From the sequence record MN871445.1: a stretch of 64,000 bases of DNA; one strand, given 5' to 3'. The notes beneath the pieces were generated by a model. The model did no database searches. It saw only the letters and a list, made by a program, of their open reading frames with translations, and was not told the DNA's origin. This document shows positions 1 through 10,411 of this stretch, piece by piece; position 1 is the first letter of the stretch, and each line of letters opens with the position of its first letter. The translations under genes were made by a program, and so were the position numbers.

Positions 1-15
1 GGGGACACCTACGCC

Positions 16-794
16 ATGGTCGCGGTGGACTGGCATGTTGGTCGTGGAGAGTATGCGCATTACGAGGTCTGGGCCGCCACGTTACATGAGGCACTCACCG
101 CGACAGTCAACCATCTACAGGCATTTGGTGTGGAGTCCGACGTTCTAGTGGACGTCACAGCCGGGCATGGGTTGGATACACTCATACCCAAATGTAAGCG
201 GGGGCTATCTATCTGTCGTTGGGATTTTACTCACACGGCGGGATGCGATAAGTGGGATGTACTTCACGAATATGGGGATGAGCTATCAGCTGAATTGTTG
301 GAGGACATACTTGAAACAAATTGTTTCGTGGATGTGGACTTCGGCGTAGTAGGTACCCGCAATCGTGGGGTTGAGTTAGGGTCATCTCTGGACGTATTGA
401 TAGAAAACGTATAATTGGGAGGGCGTTTGCCCTCCCTTTATTTTTTGGAGATATTAGAATGAGTTTATATGTGCGCGATGTATTAGCGATGGAAGTTGCC
501 AACCAAATCGCAAATGAGCATGAAGATTACGGTCCTTTGGATGATTCAGTTGAGAAATTTGTCCACGGGATTGCCATGTATGCGTGCCGAGAAGTACTTC
601 CTACCGAAGAGCAATTGATTGATTGTAGCAAAGAAATTATTGCTATGATTCAATTATCGGGGTCGAAAGCCGATCCTGATAATGAAGAATACGTCCGATC
701 AATTGCAGATACTTTAACCGGTTCACTATTTCCGTATTTCAAACCAACTGCGGTACAAGATCCAGAACGTGGGTTTGAATTACCGGATGTCTAA
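16..794 (+). CDS. Two hypothetical proteins (16..414, 459..794)
   Basis: Open frames separated by a terminator hairpin; GGAG SD before 459; no recognisable motif. Confidence 0.6.
417..445 (+). terminator. Intrinsic terminator
   Basis: GGGAGGGC-GTTT-GCCCTCCC followed by TTTATTTTTT, just after the stop at 414. Confidence 0.85.
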
Positions 795-1154
795 ACCCGC
801 TTCTTGTTTCTCGGCAAAGTGGCTACCACCAAACAACCTCACAAATACCCACATGACCAACCAATAACGCCAAGACATCTTTAACCGATACCGGATATTA
901 TCTCGCAATGTAGCATCCGCATCTTTACGCGATACGGTGCCTACCGTGTACATGTAATCGTGAACTGCTGCAGCTGGGAAATAAAAATAATAAGGAGGAT
1001 ATAAGTTTTGGATGAATCGTGGAATGCTCGCCCCATCCGTTACGAACCCCTTTGGGATAGTAACTTCTGGCGTGACATAATCCTCAAGAAACTGAAACTG
1101 GTCTTCTTTTACTAAGTATTTTACCGGCATATCAGCAAACTGAAATTCTGTCAT
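780..1154 (-). CDS. DUF1353 family protein
   Basis: IPKGFVTDGASIPR...AAAVHDYMY...RKDADA signature. Confidence 0.85.
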   Translation of the reverse strand: MTEFQFADMPVKYLVKEDQFQFLEDYVTPEVTIPKGFVTDGASIPRFIQNLYPPYYFYFPAAAVHDYMYTVGTVSRKDADATLRDNIRYRLKMSWRYWLVMWVFVRLFGGSHFAEKQEAGLDIR

Positions 1155-1200
1155 TTTTTATTCCCCCCAAGTAAAGTGTGACACAAAATTCGCTAACCAC

Positions 1201-2356
1201 GTGAGTCTCTTAACTATGAGTGAAACTATTCTTGGTGGTAAGACCTACCACACGGCTGTTTATTATGCACTACAGTCAGAAGTGCTACAGCGTTTTTCTG
1301 ATCGGGTTCTGCCCCTGGTGCGCATGAACAATAAGCCCATAGAAAAACTCCCCTTGGAAATTACGGGGGTCGCTTACGGGCTTATCAACAACATCCCGGT
1401 GTTGTATGTTGAAGTTCATGCCTACGGGAAACCTAAAGACGACGACAACACCAAAGTGGTTATCGTTTATAACCCGGGAAATTTATTGGATTATCTGACG
1501 GATGATGCAATCACTTATAAGGGTGAAGTGTATTATGCCGGCGATAACTTCTGGCGGCTATGTGCCGAAGGAGAACGTCCATGGTAGATTCTATCTCTAA
1601 ACCGTTAGCTCAGGAAGATGAAGCACTCATCCAGGAGCTTTTGGAAAAACAGGCTGCCGAATATATCGTTGAAATAGTAAATGTAGCCGTGCCAGCCTTC
1701 CACAAAAATGCGGTCGTGGGTATGAGTCAAAAAGATTTTGCTCGTAGCCTGGCAGCTATCATGCATGCGGCAGTTTTTCCTCTAATGAAAGAAAAGCAAG
1801 ACAGCGCTCTGAAATTAGCCGATTGCTATGCCATGTTTAACGAACTGGCCGTATTGACTGGAGTAGTGCCTCCAGGTACTCCAGCAACCGCAAACCATCG
1901 CCGAGCTATCGGTGCGTTCACCGCCGCGGTAGAAGCCATCAAACAAAAGGATGCGTCATGAGTCTTGAAGTTACTTATGGGGAATATAAAAAACCCCAGG
2001 TCGGCGTGAAATACCCGGTCCTGATTTGGGAAATCAGCGACGCCGCTAAGCAGTATATGTTTGATCATTTGCGTAAAGTGGTCGCCGTAACTTGTTTTAA
2101 AAACACCGATGATGCAAAACGAGCATTGGATGTTATTGTTATTGACAATGTGGCCACTGGCGAAATAGATGGTAATACAGTCCTGTGGGTCAATTGCTCC
2201 GTTGATGGTGTTTATCGCCGAATACTGGTCAATACCCCGCAACTGAAAACTTTTGAACCTTATTTCATCGACGGCAAAGTGACGGTGGAAGCCACGGCGC
2301 TACTGTCGCCGAGTGGTACCTGGGGGTTCTATAACCTGGAAGATGCACATGAATAA
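1201..2356 (+). CDS. Three overlapping hypothetical proteins (1201..1587, ~1580..1961, 1958..2356)
   Basis: Translationally coupled ORFs (ATGA overlap at 1958), no motif. Confidence 0.6.
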
Positions 2357-2672
2357 AGTCAATATCACTATTTCGGGTCCAGTTGGATCGGGGAAATCGG
2401 CTCTTTATGCAGAATTGGTTGTTGCACTAACTGCATTGGGTTTGCCTATAGAGCATCAGGACCTTAAAGCATGGAATGCTGAAATGAATTCTGGGGCATT
2501 TACTGAAGCTCAGAACATGTTGGAAATGTATAAACCAACTGTGGTGTTATCTGAAACGGTAGATACCGCTATGGTATTGAAACAACAACTTTTGGGTCGA
2601 GCACAATTTCTCCGAGATAAAGGAGAGATCAAAACGCCCGAATTATTAGAACGCGCCGCCGCGGCTTTATGA
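2349..2672 (+). CDS. Small P-loop protein (Walker A only)
   Basis: NITISGPVGSGKS near the N-terminus; paralog at 37654. Confidence 0.6.
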   Translation: MNKVNITISGPVGSGKSALYAELVVALTALGLPIEHQDLKAWNAEMNSGAFTEAQNMLEMYKPTVVLSETVDTAMVLKQQLLGRAQFLRDKGEIKTPELLERAAAAL

Positions 2673-2685
2673 TTATCACTCTATT

Positions 2686-2715
2686 GGTGGGGGAGTTTAC
2701 CCCACCTTTTATGCC
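2686..2715 (+). terminator. Hairpin with TTTTATGCC tail
   Basis: GGTGGGG/CCCCACC stem then TTTTATGCC. Confidence 0.8.
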
Positions 2716-2767
2716 ATTTTTTATATTTGGTTTAAAAACTATGTAATCAATTCATGGGGATTAGAAG

Positions 2768-3484
2768 ATGTCTAAGAAACGCAAAGGCGTAAAAGATGCT
2801 GACGCTAAACGCATCGCAATGGCTAAGAAGCGCGGTGACTGGGTAGAAACTCAGTGTCCGGAAGTATCTGAAATTGAGCCTACTGAGAATAAGGTCGATT
2901 ACGATACTTTCCTTAAAATGCTAGACGCTGAACGTCGAGCTAATGTTGGCGGCGAAGATGAATTCATCTGGAAAGAGGGGTTTAACTACCATCCGGCACA
3001 TCCTGGTATTTGGGTACCGTATAACGGCTGGCGCGTAAAATTCCAACACGATATCCGGTTACGTGATGGCCGGGTGATTGAGAACTGCTACCCCAACGCC
3101 ACCGCCTGGCACGGTAAAGAAGGGCGTTTCACCGATGAAGAGGTCGTTGAAATCAGACTCTGCCCACCTGACGAGCAACTATTCGCTGATTTGGATTATC
3201 TGGTTTCCCACAGCCTGGAGTCTTTCGGGGAGCATTGTTTCCCAGAGATTATCATTTCTGAAGGCGGGGTGATTTCATTCAAACCCAAACGGTATCGTTA
3301 TTTCGAAAAAGGAATTATCGATGAGCGTGGCGAGGTTGCCTACACGCTTTGGGAGGGAACACTTACTGCGGTTGAAGCAGCGGCCAGTAAGGTGTATAAA
3401 AACCTCAGTGAGCAATCTGAACCTTTAGATGAAGCGTTTTCTAAAGTGCTGAACGATAATATTGATGATTTATATTTGGAGTAA
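2768..3484 (+). CDS. Hypothetical protein with basic N-terminus
   Basis: 238-aa ORF with SD; no assignable domain. Confidence 0.7.
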   Translation: MSKKRKGVKDADAKRIAMAKKRGDWVETQCPEVSEIEPTENKVDYDTFLKMLDAERRANVGGEDEFIWKEGFNYHPAHPGIWVPYNGWRVKFQHDIRLRDGRVIENCYPNATAWHGKEGRFTDEEVVEIRLCPPDEQLFADLDYLVSHSLESFGEHCFPEIIISEGGVISFKPKRYRYFEKGIIDERGEVAYTLWEGTLTAVEAAASKVYKNLSEQSEPLDEAFSKVLNDNIDDLYLE

Positions 3485-3489
3485 TTATC

Positions 3490-3978
3490 ATGTTGTTGCA
3501 TATAAGTTTTAAGAATAATTTAGCCGGGAAACTTATTCCGAGGGCAGTTGCTGGAAGTGAGCTAGGTATTTCAACGACATACCCAGAACCAACCACCCCA
3601 CGGGTGTGTTTCGGGCCGACGGTCCTGAAGTGTTTTCAGGCAATATACCCCAACATCTCAGATTTTTTTGAAATTAAAAATTATCCATATATGGATTTCT
3701 ACGTTTACAAAACAAAAACAAATAATCCCCCAGGATATGTACCTAATTCAAAAATAGTAGAAGAACGCTGGGTACATGACGCACATGTTACTGGGGAGTC
3801 CTGGGTAATCGAACCGGTGGTCGTTTATCTGCATCAAAAAGTACGTATTCATAATACAAATAATGTTGATAGTTTACGCTACCATCCTTTTGGCGATCCC
3901 AAGGAACCACTTAGGACACTAGCCCCCAAAACAGCAATAATTGATTACCTGCCGTTAAGTGGAAGTGCTAAATGGTAA
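3490..3978 (+). CDS. Putative ADP-ribosyltransferase-fold protein (His-type first strand)
   Basis: LLHIS...PRVCFG...FYVY...HVTGESW spacing resembles the conserved ART strands; fold inferred by eye. Confidence 0.4.
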   Translation: MLLHISFKNNLAGKLIPRAVAGSELGISTTYPEPTTPRVCFGPTVLKCFQAIYPNISDFFEIKNYPYMDFYVYKTKTNNPPGYVPNSKIVEERWVHDAHVTGESWVIEPVVVYLHQKVRIHNTNNVDSLRYHPFGDPKEPLRTLAPKTAIIDYLPLSGSAKW

Positions 3979-3998
3979 CCCGAGTAATAGGATAAATT

Positions 3999-4613
3999 AT
4001 GTCTAAACTTACCAAAGAACAGTTATACGAGCAGATTCTATTTTTATCTAATGAAGATATCATCTTTGTCAGGAAAAAAGCAGATAGTCCCAAAGGCTTT
4101 CGTTTGTCGGTGATCTGCAATGATATCTTTGCCTATGCCTGCTCCGATTCCAAAGCTATCGATGATAGCCAGATACCGTTAATTCACCATCTGTATAAAA
4201 CGTATTCTTTTTATGGGGTGATTGCCTGGCTGGCATATGTCCGAAAACAAAAACCACTGAAAGTGCACATTACCGAGAATTACAAGCGGGCTTTCCGGGA
4301 GTTAAAGGAGCACAGATTTGCGCTGCCCGAAATCATCGGTGAATCTACTAAGTTAACCGATGAGCTTGACCTTTTATTATTGGCTGATGCTCTAGGTATC
4401 GTTGATTGGTGTATCGAAGAAGGGCAGTGCCCGATACGCCCTCAGTGGGGGCAATATGTATTGTCGAATGGACAAATAATCGACATGCTATTCTCTAAAG
4501 ACTATCGGGCCAGTATAAGAACTAAATCAGAAGTAACCGAGTATGTTTCAATCTATAAACAATCTGGGTTGCAGGCCTGTATCGATAAATTAAACTTGGA
4601 ACAAACATCATGA
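3999..4613 (+). CDS. Hypothetical protein
   Basis: 204-aa ORF, ATGA-coupled to the next gene. Confidence 0.7.
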   Translation: MSKLTKEQLYEQILFLSNEDIIFVRKKADSPKGFRLSVICNDIFAYACSDSKAIDDSQIPLIHHLYKTYSFYGVIAWLAYVRKQKPLKVHITENYKRAFRELKEHRFALPEIIGESTKLTDELDLLLLADALGIVDWCIEEGQCPIRPQWGQYVLSNGQIIDMLFSKDYRASIRTKSEVTEYVSIYKQSGLQACIDKLNLEQTS

Positions 4614-5404
4614 CCAAACAAGAATACATCGACCAGTACGTAGCATTGAATGGCCCCATCCCACCTCATTGTTCGGTTATTCCATCTCCGTTAGGGTGGC
4701 AAATAATCGATGATGATTGCCACGCAAACCTTGTGGTTTACCCGACTAAAGAAAGTATTGAATCATCTATATCTAAATCACTGCTTCCAGAGCACATAAC
4801 CCCGTTCTATCAATTCATGCATGATTATCGGGACACCATCGACTGGGTGTTGTGGTACAACGAAACTGACCCTAATACCACTACGCCATCTTACCACAAT
4901 AGTCGTCATTTGATTGGCGCTGCGTTTATTGCGCATTTATTGAGTGATGGTGACCCTAAATGTATCCAGGCCATGTTCATTCATGATTTTCAACATCCAA
5001 AAGCAGCGAGTGATTTAGATAATATTATCCATTCACTTAGTGTAGCAAAACAATGCGATTATCCTCACGAAATTGATGATGTATTAACGACATTGGTCTT
5101 CGGCACTCAATACAACCCTCAAGACCCATATCCCGCGGTTGAAGATCCGAAGATTGCCTTATGTCGAGATGCTGACCAAATCTACGCTACTATGATGTTT
5201 AATTTGGGGGTTTACTTGGGCCTCGAACATGAAGTAGGAGGTAAGTTGGGTTTGTCTGGGTCCGATTTTCTTCTGCGCAATATGAATTATGTCAGAAATA
5301 TCGGGGATAATCTGTATTTGCCTCAAAGCAAAGATCTACATAAACAATATCGGCAGAAATGCCTGAACGAACATCTCGTATTTTCTTCAATTTATATTAA
5401 CTAA
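4610..5404 (+). CDS. HD-domain metal-dependent phosphohydrolase
   Basis: YHNSRH...MFIHDFQH...CRDAD: the H, HD and D ligands of HD/PDEase folds. Confidence 0.7.
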   Translation: MTKQEYIDQYVALNGPIPPHCSVIPSPLGWQIIDDDCHANLVVYPTKESIESSISKSLLPEHITPFYQFMHDYRDTIDWVLWYNETDPNTTTPSYHNSRHLIGAAFIAHLLSDGDPKCIQAMFIHDFQHPKAASDLDNIIHSLSVAKQCDYPHEIDDVLTTLVFGTQYNPQDPYPAVEDPKIALCRDADQIYATMMFNLGVYLGLEHEVGGKLGLSGSDFLLRNMNYVRNIGDNLYLPQSKDLHKQYRQKCLNEHLVFSSIYIN

Positions 5405-5462
5405 TTTATCGCAGCGGGGATAGATATGAGTATAGTCATCAAGTAGGAAAACGTATAACAAC

Positions 5463-5495
5463 GGGAGGCTTCGGCCTCCCATTATTTTCGCTTTT
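5463..5495 (+). terminator. Intrinsic terminator
   Basis: GGGAGGC-TTCG-GCCTCCC followed by a T-rich tract. Confidence 0.85.
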
Positions 5496-5526
5496 TTATT
5501 TTGATTAAATAAAACAATTACACCCT

Positions 5527-5534
5527 TATATTAC
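5527..5534 (+). promoter_or_regulatory. phiKZ-type early promoter box TATATTAC
   Basis: Exact motif, intergenic, A-rich upstream, 44 nt before the ATG at 5578. Confidence 0.7.
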
Positions 5535-5577
5535 TTACGGGACTAAGTAAACCACCCCATAACTGAGGATTTTTAAA

Positions 5578-6039
5578 ATGGCAGATTGCAGCATTGGTCC
5601 AGTATCCACTCTCCCAGGGTCTATCCGTGCAGTTCCTGTAGGAACCGAGTGCGATGAACACCCAGGGGTATTGGCCGTAAAACGGGTTCAAGGCGAAACT
5701 GATTCTTTTGGGTGTGAGTATTTGGATATGTGTCAGGAGTGTTACGACAAATATAAGGAAGAAATGCGCAACGTGGATAACTCAGGCACTTGTGATTGGT
5801 GTAAGAAAAGTGCCGATCAAGTGTTTAACCACAGGGATATAGAAGAAGGGAGTTGTGGGCGGGTCTATCAAGTATGCCAAGCATGTATCGATGCCGAAAA
5901 GAAAGAATGGGCTGAAGAACGTGATTGCCTGGATGATGATGATGAGTGGTGGGATTCTCGGGACTTGGATGATGAATTAGGTCCAGAAGATTTTGAGGAC
6001 TTCGACGATGACCGGTATGCTGAGCGGCTCGGAGAATAA
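5578..6039 (+). CDS. Cys-rich putative zinc-binding protein with acidic tail
   Basis: CDEH, CQEC, CDWC and CQAC pairs; D/E-rich C-terminus. Confidence 0.65.
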   Translation: MADCSIGPVSTLPGSIRAVPVGTECDEHPGVLAVKRVQGETDSFGCEYLDMCQECYDKYKEEMRNVDNSGTCDWCKKSADQVFNHRDIEEGSCGRVYQVCQACIDAEKKEWAEERDCLDDDDEWWDSRDLDDELGPEDFEDFDDDRYAERLGE

Positions 6040-6042
6040 TAA

Positions 6043-6633
6043 ATGAACAATGATGTAATTTCACTGATTTTGAGTGTTAACGAACATATCGACGCACGTC
6101 GGTCAATTCAGAAACACAGTTCATTACTGGACAACAATCTGTCATTTGACGGTCAGTGGCCAGTGACGAAAGTGGACCGGGATAAGATGATAGAGACCAA
6201 CACAAGCACTACACTGTGGGTAGTGGTGCTTTCTGGTGAAAGGTTGCGGATATTATCTCCAACTGTCGCAGATGCCATGGTCGAATTAGAAACCAGGTAC
6301 CCCGAAATCCGTAGCCAAATTCCAGATTTTGATCTTGTTTCATTTGGTGAAAAAGCGCGGCGGTTTCCAGGACATGTAGCTCTGCATTATGGTTGCTATC
6401 CTCAACCTGAGTTAGATGCTGAGTTACTTGCAACATTGGGTTGGTTGCAATGCCCCGATTACCCGCAAGATAAACTCTACTTTGGATACCAAACCACCGA
6501 AGAGTTTATTGCGGGCCTCGCAGAAACGCGTGCATTAACCAACATTACAGTATACTCCGCTGGAGGTTGTCATCGGCATTGGTATGGCACCGATCTACCT
6601 ACAGTCGTCGATGGCTATATTAACCAGGAATAA
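6043..6633 (+). CDS. Hypothetical protein, family A copy 1
   Basis: Shares LRI.(S/A)PTV..AM..LE.RYP....QIP.FD with 7178..7762. Confidence 0.75.
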   Translation: MNNDVISLILSVNEHIDARRSIQKHSSLLDNNLSFDGQWPVTKVDRDKMIETNTSTTLWVVVLSGERLRILSPTVADAMVELETRYPEIRSQIPDFDLVSFGEKARRFPGHVALHYGCYPQPELDAELLATLGWLQCPDYPQDKLYFGYQTTEEFIAGLAETRALTNITVYSAGGCHRHWYGTDLPTVVDGYINQE

Positions 6634-6637
6634 AAAA

Positions 6638-7093
6638 ATGAGCGCACGTCTAAATTTTTATAGCATCCCCAAAAATAAGGTTCCTCAGAAGCAACTCGAG
6701 GCCCTAGTATTGGACCAGTGTGAATCCGATGTAGCAAAACATAGCAAGGCCACTTTTGTTGACCTCGTTATTCTCGAGGACGCAATGGATGAGTTGGATG
6801 ACACTTACATTGATTGGTACACCGGCCTTCACCCGTATGGCCAGGCCAGGCAAGTGATATCGGCATTCATGTCAGACAAAGGCATTACTGGTAGTATCTA
6901 TAATACCAGCATGGTTATGTCCAAGCAGTTAGTCACCGAATTGCTTGATTATGTTATCACTTCGCCGCTATGGGGCGTAGATAATGATTTTTATCTATAC
7001 CACGAAAAAGAAGGAATTGAACTGTTTTTACAACACATCGTAAATAAACATGACTTTGATGCCGCCTATTTCTTTTATGTCTACGGTAGGTAA
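6638..7093 (+). CDS. Hypothetical protein, family B copy 1
   Basis: Shares LDQCESD, IYNTSMVMSK.LV.ELL and HDFD..YFFY with 7769..8203. Confidence 0.8.
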   Translation: MSARLNFYSIPKNKVPQKQLEALVLDQCESDVAKHSKATFVDLVILEDAMDELDDTYIDWYTGLHPYGQARQVISAFMSDKGITGSIYNTSMVMSKQLVTELLDYVITSPLWGVDNDFYLYHEKEGIELFLQHIVNKHDFDAAYFFYVYGR

Positions 7094-7138
7094 CGGCATA
7101 TCTCCTGTCTCGTTAATTAACGAGACAGTTTTTGTTTT
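7094..7138. terminator. CGGCATA + perfect 24-bp palindrome + T tract
   Basis: CTGTCTCGTTAATTAACGAGACAG (7105-7128) followed by TTTTTGTTTT. Confidence 0.75.
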
Positions 7139-7177
7139 AATGTTTTATGACATAAACAAGTTTAAGGAGATACGAAA

Positions 7178-7762
7178 ATGAATGATTTAGTTGTTTGTGA
7201 GTTTGTTGTTGTCGTAAAACCGTATACTGATAACTACTACGACATTGATGAGCATGTTCAGATAATAACGTGGAATGAAGCGTGGGGTCGCAAATGGAAA
7301 GTTCCCCAGGAACATAAAGATAAAATGCTTGAATTAAACAGTGCCGTAGTGCTATTTATTAGCGCAGTTAATAGCCCAAAATTTCTACGAATTCATGCTC
7401 CAACCGTGAAGACGGCCATGGAATTGTTGGAAGAACGATATCCGAAAGTACATGCACAGATACCTTCTTTTGATGCGGATAAATTTGAATCTATCGGTGC
7501 AGCGTGTAAGGGGTCATCCAATTTGTCTTACTTTTTTATTCCAGAGGATAATGACGATGATAATATTCTGTGGCTCCTTCCTGATGACATGGATGAAGAT
7601 GATTATGTCGGTAATTTCCCCAACATTGGTGCATTTATTGCCGCAGTAAAAGAAAAAAGAAAGGTTCTATGCATTCATTGCTACCCCGACACTCCGGTAG
7701 GAAGTTGGTCCTATTATGGCTTCGATTTTAACGAGCTTATGAACCACGTTATTAAGGAATAA
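7178..7762 (+). CDS. Hypothetical protein, family A copy 2
   Basis: Paralog of 6043..6633. Confidence 0.75.
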   Translation: MNDLVVCEFVVVVKPYTDNYYDIDEHVQIITWNEAWGRKWKVPQEHKDKMLELNSAVVLFISAVNSPKFLRIHAPTVKTAMELLEERYPKVHAQIPSFDADKFESIGAACKGSSNLSYFFIPEDNDDDNILWLLPDDMDEDDYVGNFPNIGAFIAAVKEKRKVLCIHCYPDTPVGSWSYYGFDFNELMNHVIKE

Positions 7763-7768
7763 ACGATC

Positions 7769-8203
7769 ATGGGTACTTTTTTAGAATTCTATAAAGTAGA
7801 TAAAAATAAAGTTTCAAGCAAAGCATTGAAATACCTCAAACTAGACCAGTGTGAAAGTGATGAAGCCCTGGATGAAGACGTCAGTTTCTTTGACTTAACA
7901 TTAGACATGGATTATCCAGACATCGAACAGCTTAATCGATTCCCGCGTACCGGTTTGATTAGAAGTGTTATAAATGCATTCATGCGGAGTAAAGGCATTG
8001 CCGATGATATTTATAACACCAGTATGGTCATGTCAAAATCACTGGTCAGTGAATTGCTGGCGCACCTCTCTACATCTCCATTATGGGACCCAGAAGAGTT
8101 CTTCTTCACCGCTGGAGAGAAAGAATGTGCGGTGGCTTTCTTCCAAGATATCTTAGATACCCATGATTTCGATAATGAATACTTCTTTTATACTTACTAT
8201 TAG
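7769..8203 (+). CDS. Hypothetical protein, family B copy 2
   Basis: Paralog of 6638..7093. Confidence 0.8.
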   Translation: MGTFLEFYKVDKNKVSSKALKYLKLDQCESDEALDEDVSFFDLTLDMDYPDIEQLNRFPRTGLIRSVINAFMRSKGIADDIYNTSMVMSKSLVSELLAHLSTSPLWDPEEFFFTAGEKECAVAFFQDILDTHDFDNEYFFYTYY

Positions 8204-8299
8204 AATAACAGCATATTTCCTGTCTCGTTAGCGTTAGCTCGCTAGAGAAAAAGATTTTAGTTTTTTTCTCAAAAGATAGATTCGACCGATAAAAATAAT

Positions 8300-8329
8300 C
8301 CCACCAGTTTTTACTGGTGGGCAATATGC
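8300..8329. terminator. Hairpin with AATATGC tail
   Basis: CCCACCAGT-TTTT-ACTGGTGGG (8300-8321) then CAATATGC. Confidence 0.55.
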
Positions 8330-8341
8330 TGTAACTTATAG

Positions 8342-10365
8342 ATGTCAGTAACACCAAAGAGGTCAAATATGCTGGATTCTATTTTAGAAGTTGGAGATGC
8401 CGTTACCGTAAAACACGCTTCCAATGGATGGGTGGTTGAAAAGATCGATAAAGATACCGCGGCATCATGCGTAATAGTTAAGGTTATAGAAGAAGGTTAC
8501 ATTTTTCAACGTCCAGGTGTGGTAGGCACATATCGGGCTTTATTGAAAAAAGCTGGGACTGATAGATTTATAATAGCACCAGCCTTTTTAACCTCGCCTG
8601 GTGAATTTGTTTTTTAGATCTGGAGTGAAAAATGAAGTGGTTTCTTATTGCAGCTTACGTTATCGGGGCGTTGATTACTTACACCATCATGGTTGGGTTT
8701 AAACCCAAAAGCATCAAGTTGGTGTTGGTGGGTTGTTTGCTTTCAGTATTGTGGTTTTTTGTGTTGCTTGAATTAATAAGCAAAGCGGTAAACTACTATA
8801 CATTCAAATTGTGGAGAACGATGAATGGAAGGCAAAAATAATAACGTGGATTGTGGGGTGGGTCAGAATATCACGTCTGGATGTGTGGAGGGGGATTGCT
8901 TAAAGCCTTTCGTCAGAAAAGTGCTGTTGACATCACCCTCACCGCTAAGACCGCGGCTCTGCTCACTGGACTTCCGTGATGACGAACTCAGATTAAACTA
9001 TCACGATTGGGGGTTGCCGTATCCCGAAAGTGTTCGCCTACTCACGTCTATCGGGAAGCCCATCAAGGTGTGGAATACCGAATATCTGAGAAAGGCTAGG
9101 CTATACTTTAAAGAGTTAGCCCAGTTTAGTGAAAACGGATATGAAATCGTCTTAATCGAGTATCTAGCCCCTGAAGACGTCTGGCAATCTTTACGTGCCG
9201 GTGCCGGTAGTATTAACATCCATACCTTCAGATCGGTGGAACATAAATGCATGTTTAACATCGATGATGGTGAACTTCAGATTACTCGATTTTAAAGAAG
9301 GAGTTATAGTTATGCCCAATTTACATGTTGAAGTCATTCCACGCGATGATGGCCTGGAAGATATAGAAGTCACGCTGACCAATGCAACAAAAGAAGAAGC
9401 GGAAGCATTCTATTCCGACTTAGCCGCCAAGGCTAAAGAACTAGGAGTTTCCATGGACCCACAATCCGGCATCTATCGAGCCAATTAGGGGTGAACCCAA
9501 TTAAATTAATCGATCTTGATTTTTGCCACCACAAGGTCACCCTGCCTGATACGGAAAATTGAAAAAATGACTAAAACACAGAAGCGCATACTGGAATTGG
9601 CCAAACGAATGCATTCTGATGGCGTTACAAAATGGGATTTGCAAATGCGTGGAATTTCTATTTCTGCGGCTGATGCTTTGGTCAATAAAGGTCATTTGAC
9701 CAAAGCCAATGATGTTTACCACATACCCCAGGAGCAATAACATGAAAAATACACGCACCAAAGGATGCCATCACCTCACCACCAAGGAAGAACTTTTCAG
9801 TCAATCAAATGAACTGCTGATGCATGCCTTTGTAGAAACCGGATTGCGCAAAGGTAAAAAGGTGGTTATCCTTGCCGACAAGAATATCCGGGAATGGATG
9901 GAAGCAGCAAAACTGATGTCCTTTATTTTACCTGATGTTACTCTCAAGGCCATGCCTATCGATCGTAAAGGCGCCATCAATTTTGGTCGCGGGATGACGG
10001 ACCTGCACGTGCTGATAGTAAGTACCCGCCCGAGTGCACTGATAAAAGATCTGATAATGTCTGCAGCGGTCTGTTTTAATGCTAACATCCTGGTGGTACA
10101 TACCGATCCGATGTGATTATTTTTTATGGGTGGTGGAAACCACCCATCCACATTAAGGTAACAGTCCGTGATTAATACAGTGCTACACCCAATGCTGAAG
10201 TATTACCATAATTGTTCCAACGCTCAGAAAAAGATATTGAAGTTGATGTTATTTTTATTTCTTTTTCAAACAGCCATCGGTTGGGGCGACTGGGTATGGT
10301 TGACGACTCATACTGTCGGGATGCTTGGCGTCTTCTACGTAGGTTATCGATTATCTCGCATTTAA
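8342..10365 (+). CDS. Run of short hypothetical proteins (about 8342..8617, 8632..8841 membrane, 8825..9295, 9312..9488, 9567..9740, 9742..10116, 10168..10365 membrane)
   Basis: Contiguous coupled ORFs with SD motifs; two are hydrophobic. Confidence 0.6.
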
Positions 10366-10411
10366 TGTACTAAAAAAGAAGCGACTGGGCAAATACCAAA
10401 TAGGAAGAATA

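Noticed and set aside
10126-10147. Hairpin ATGGGTGGT-GGAA-ACCACCCAT as a terminator
   Set aside because: The T-run lies on its 5' side and neither strand has a 3' U tract; function unclear
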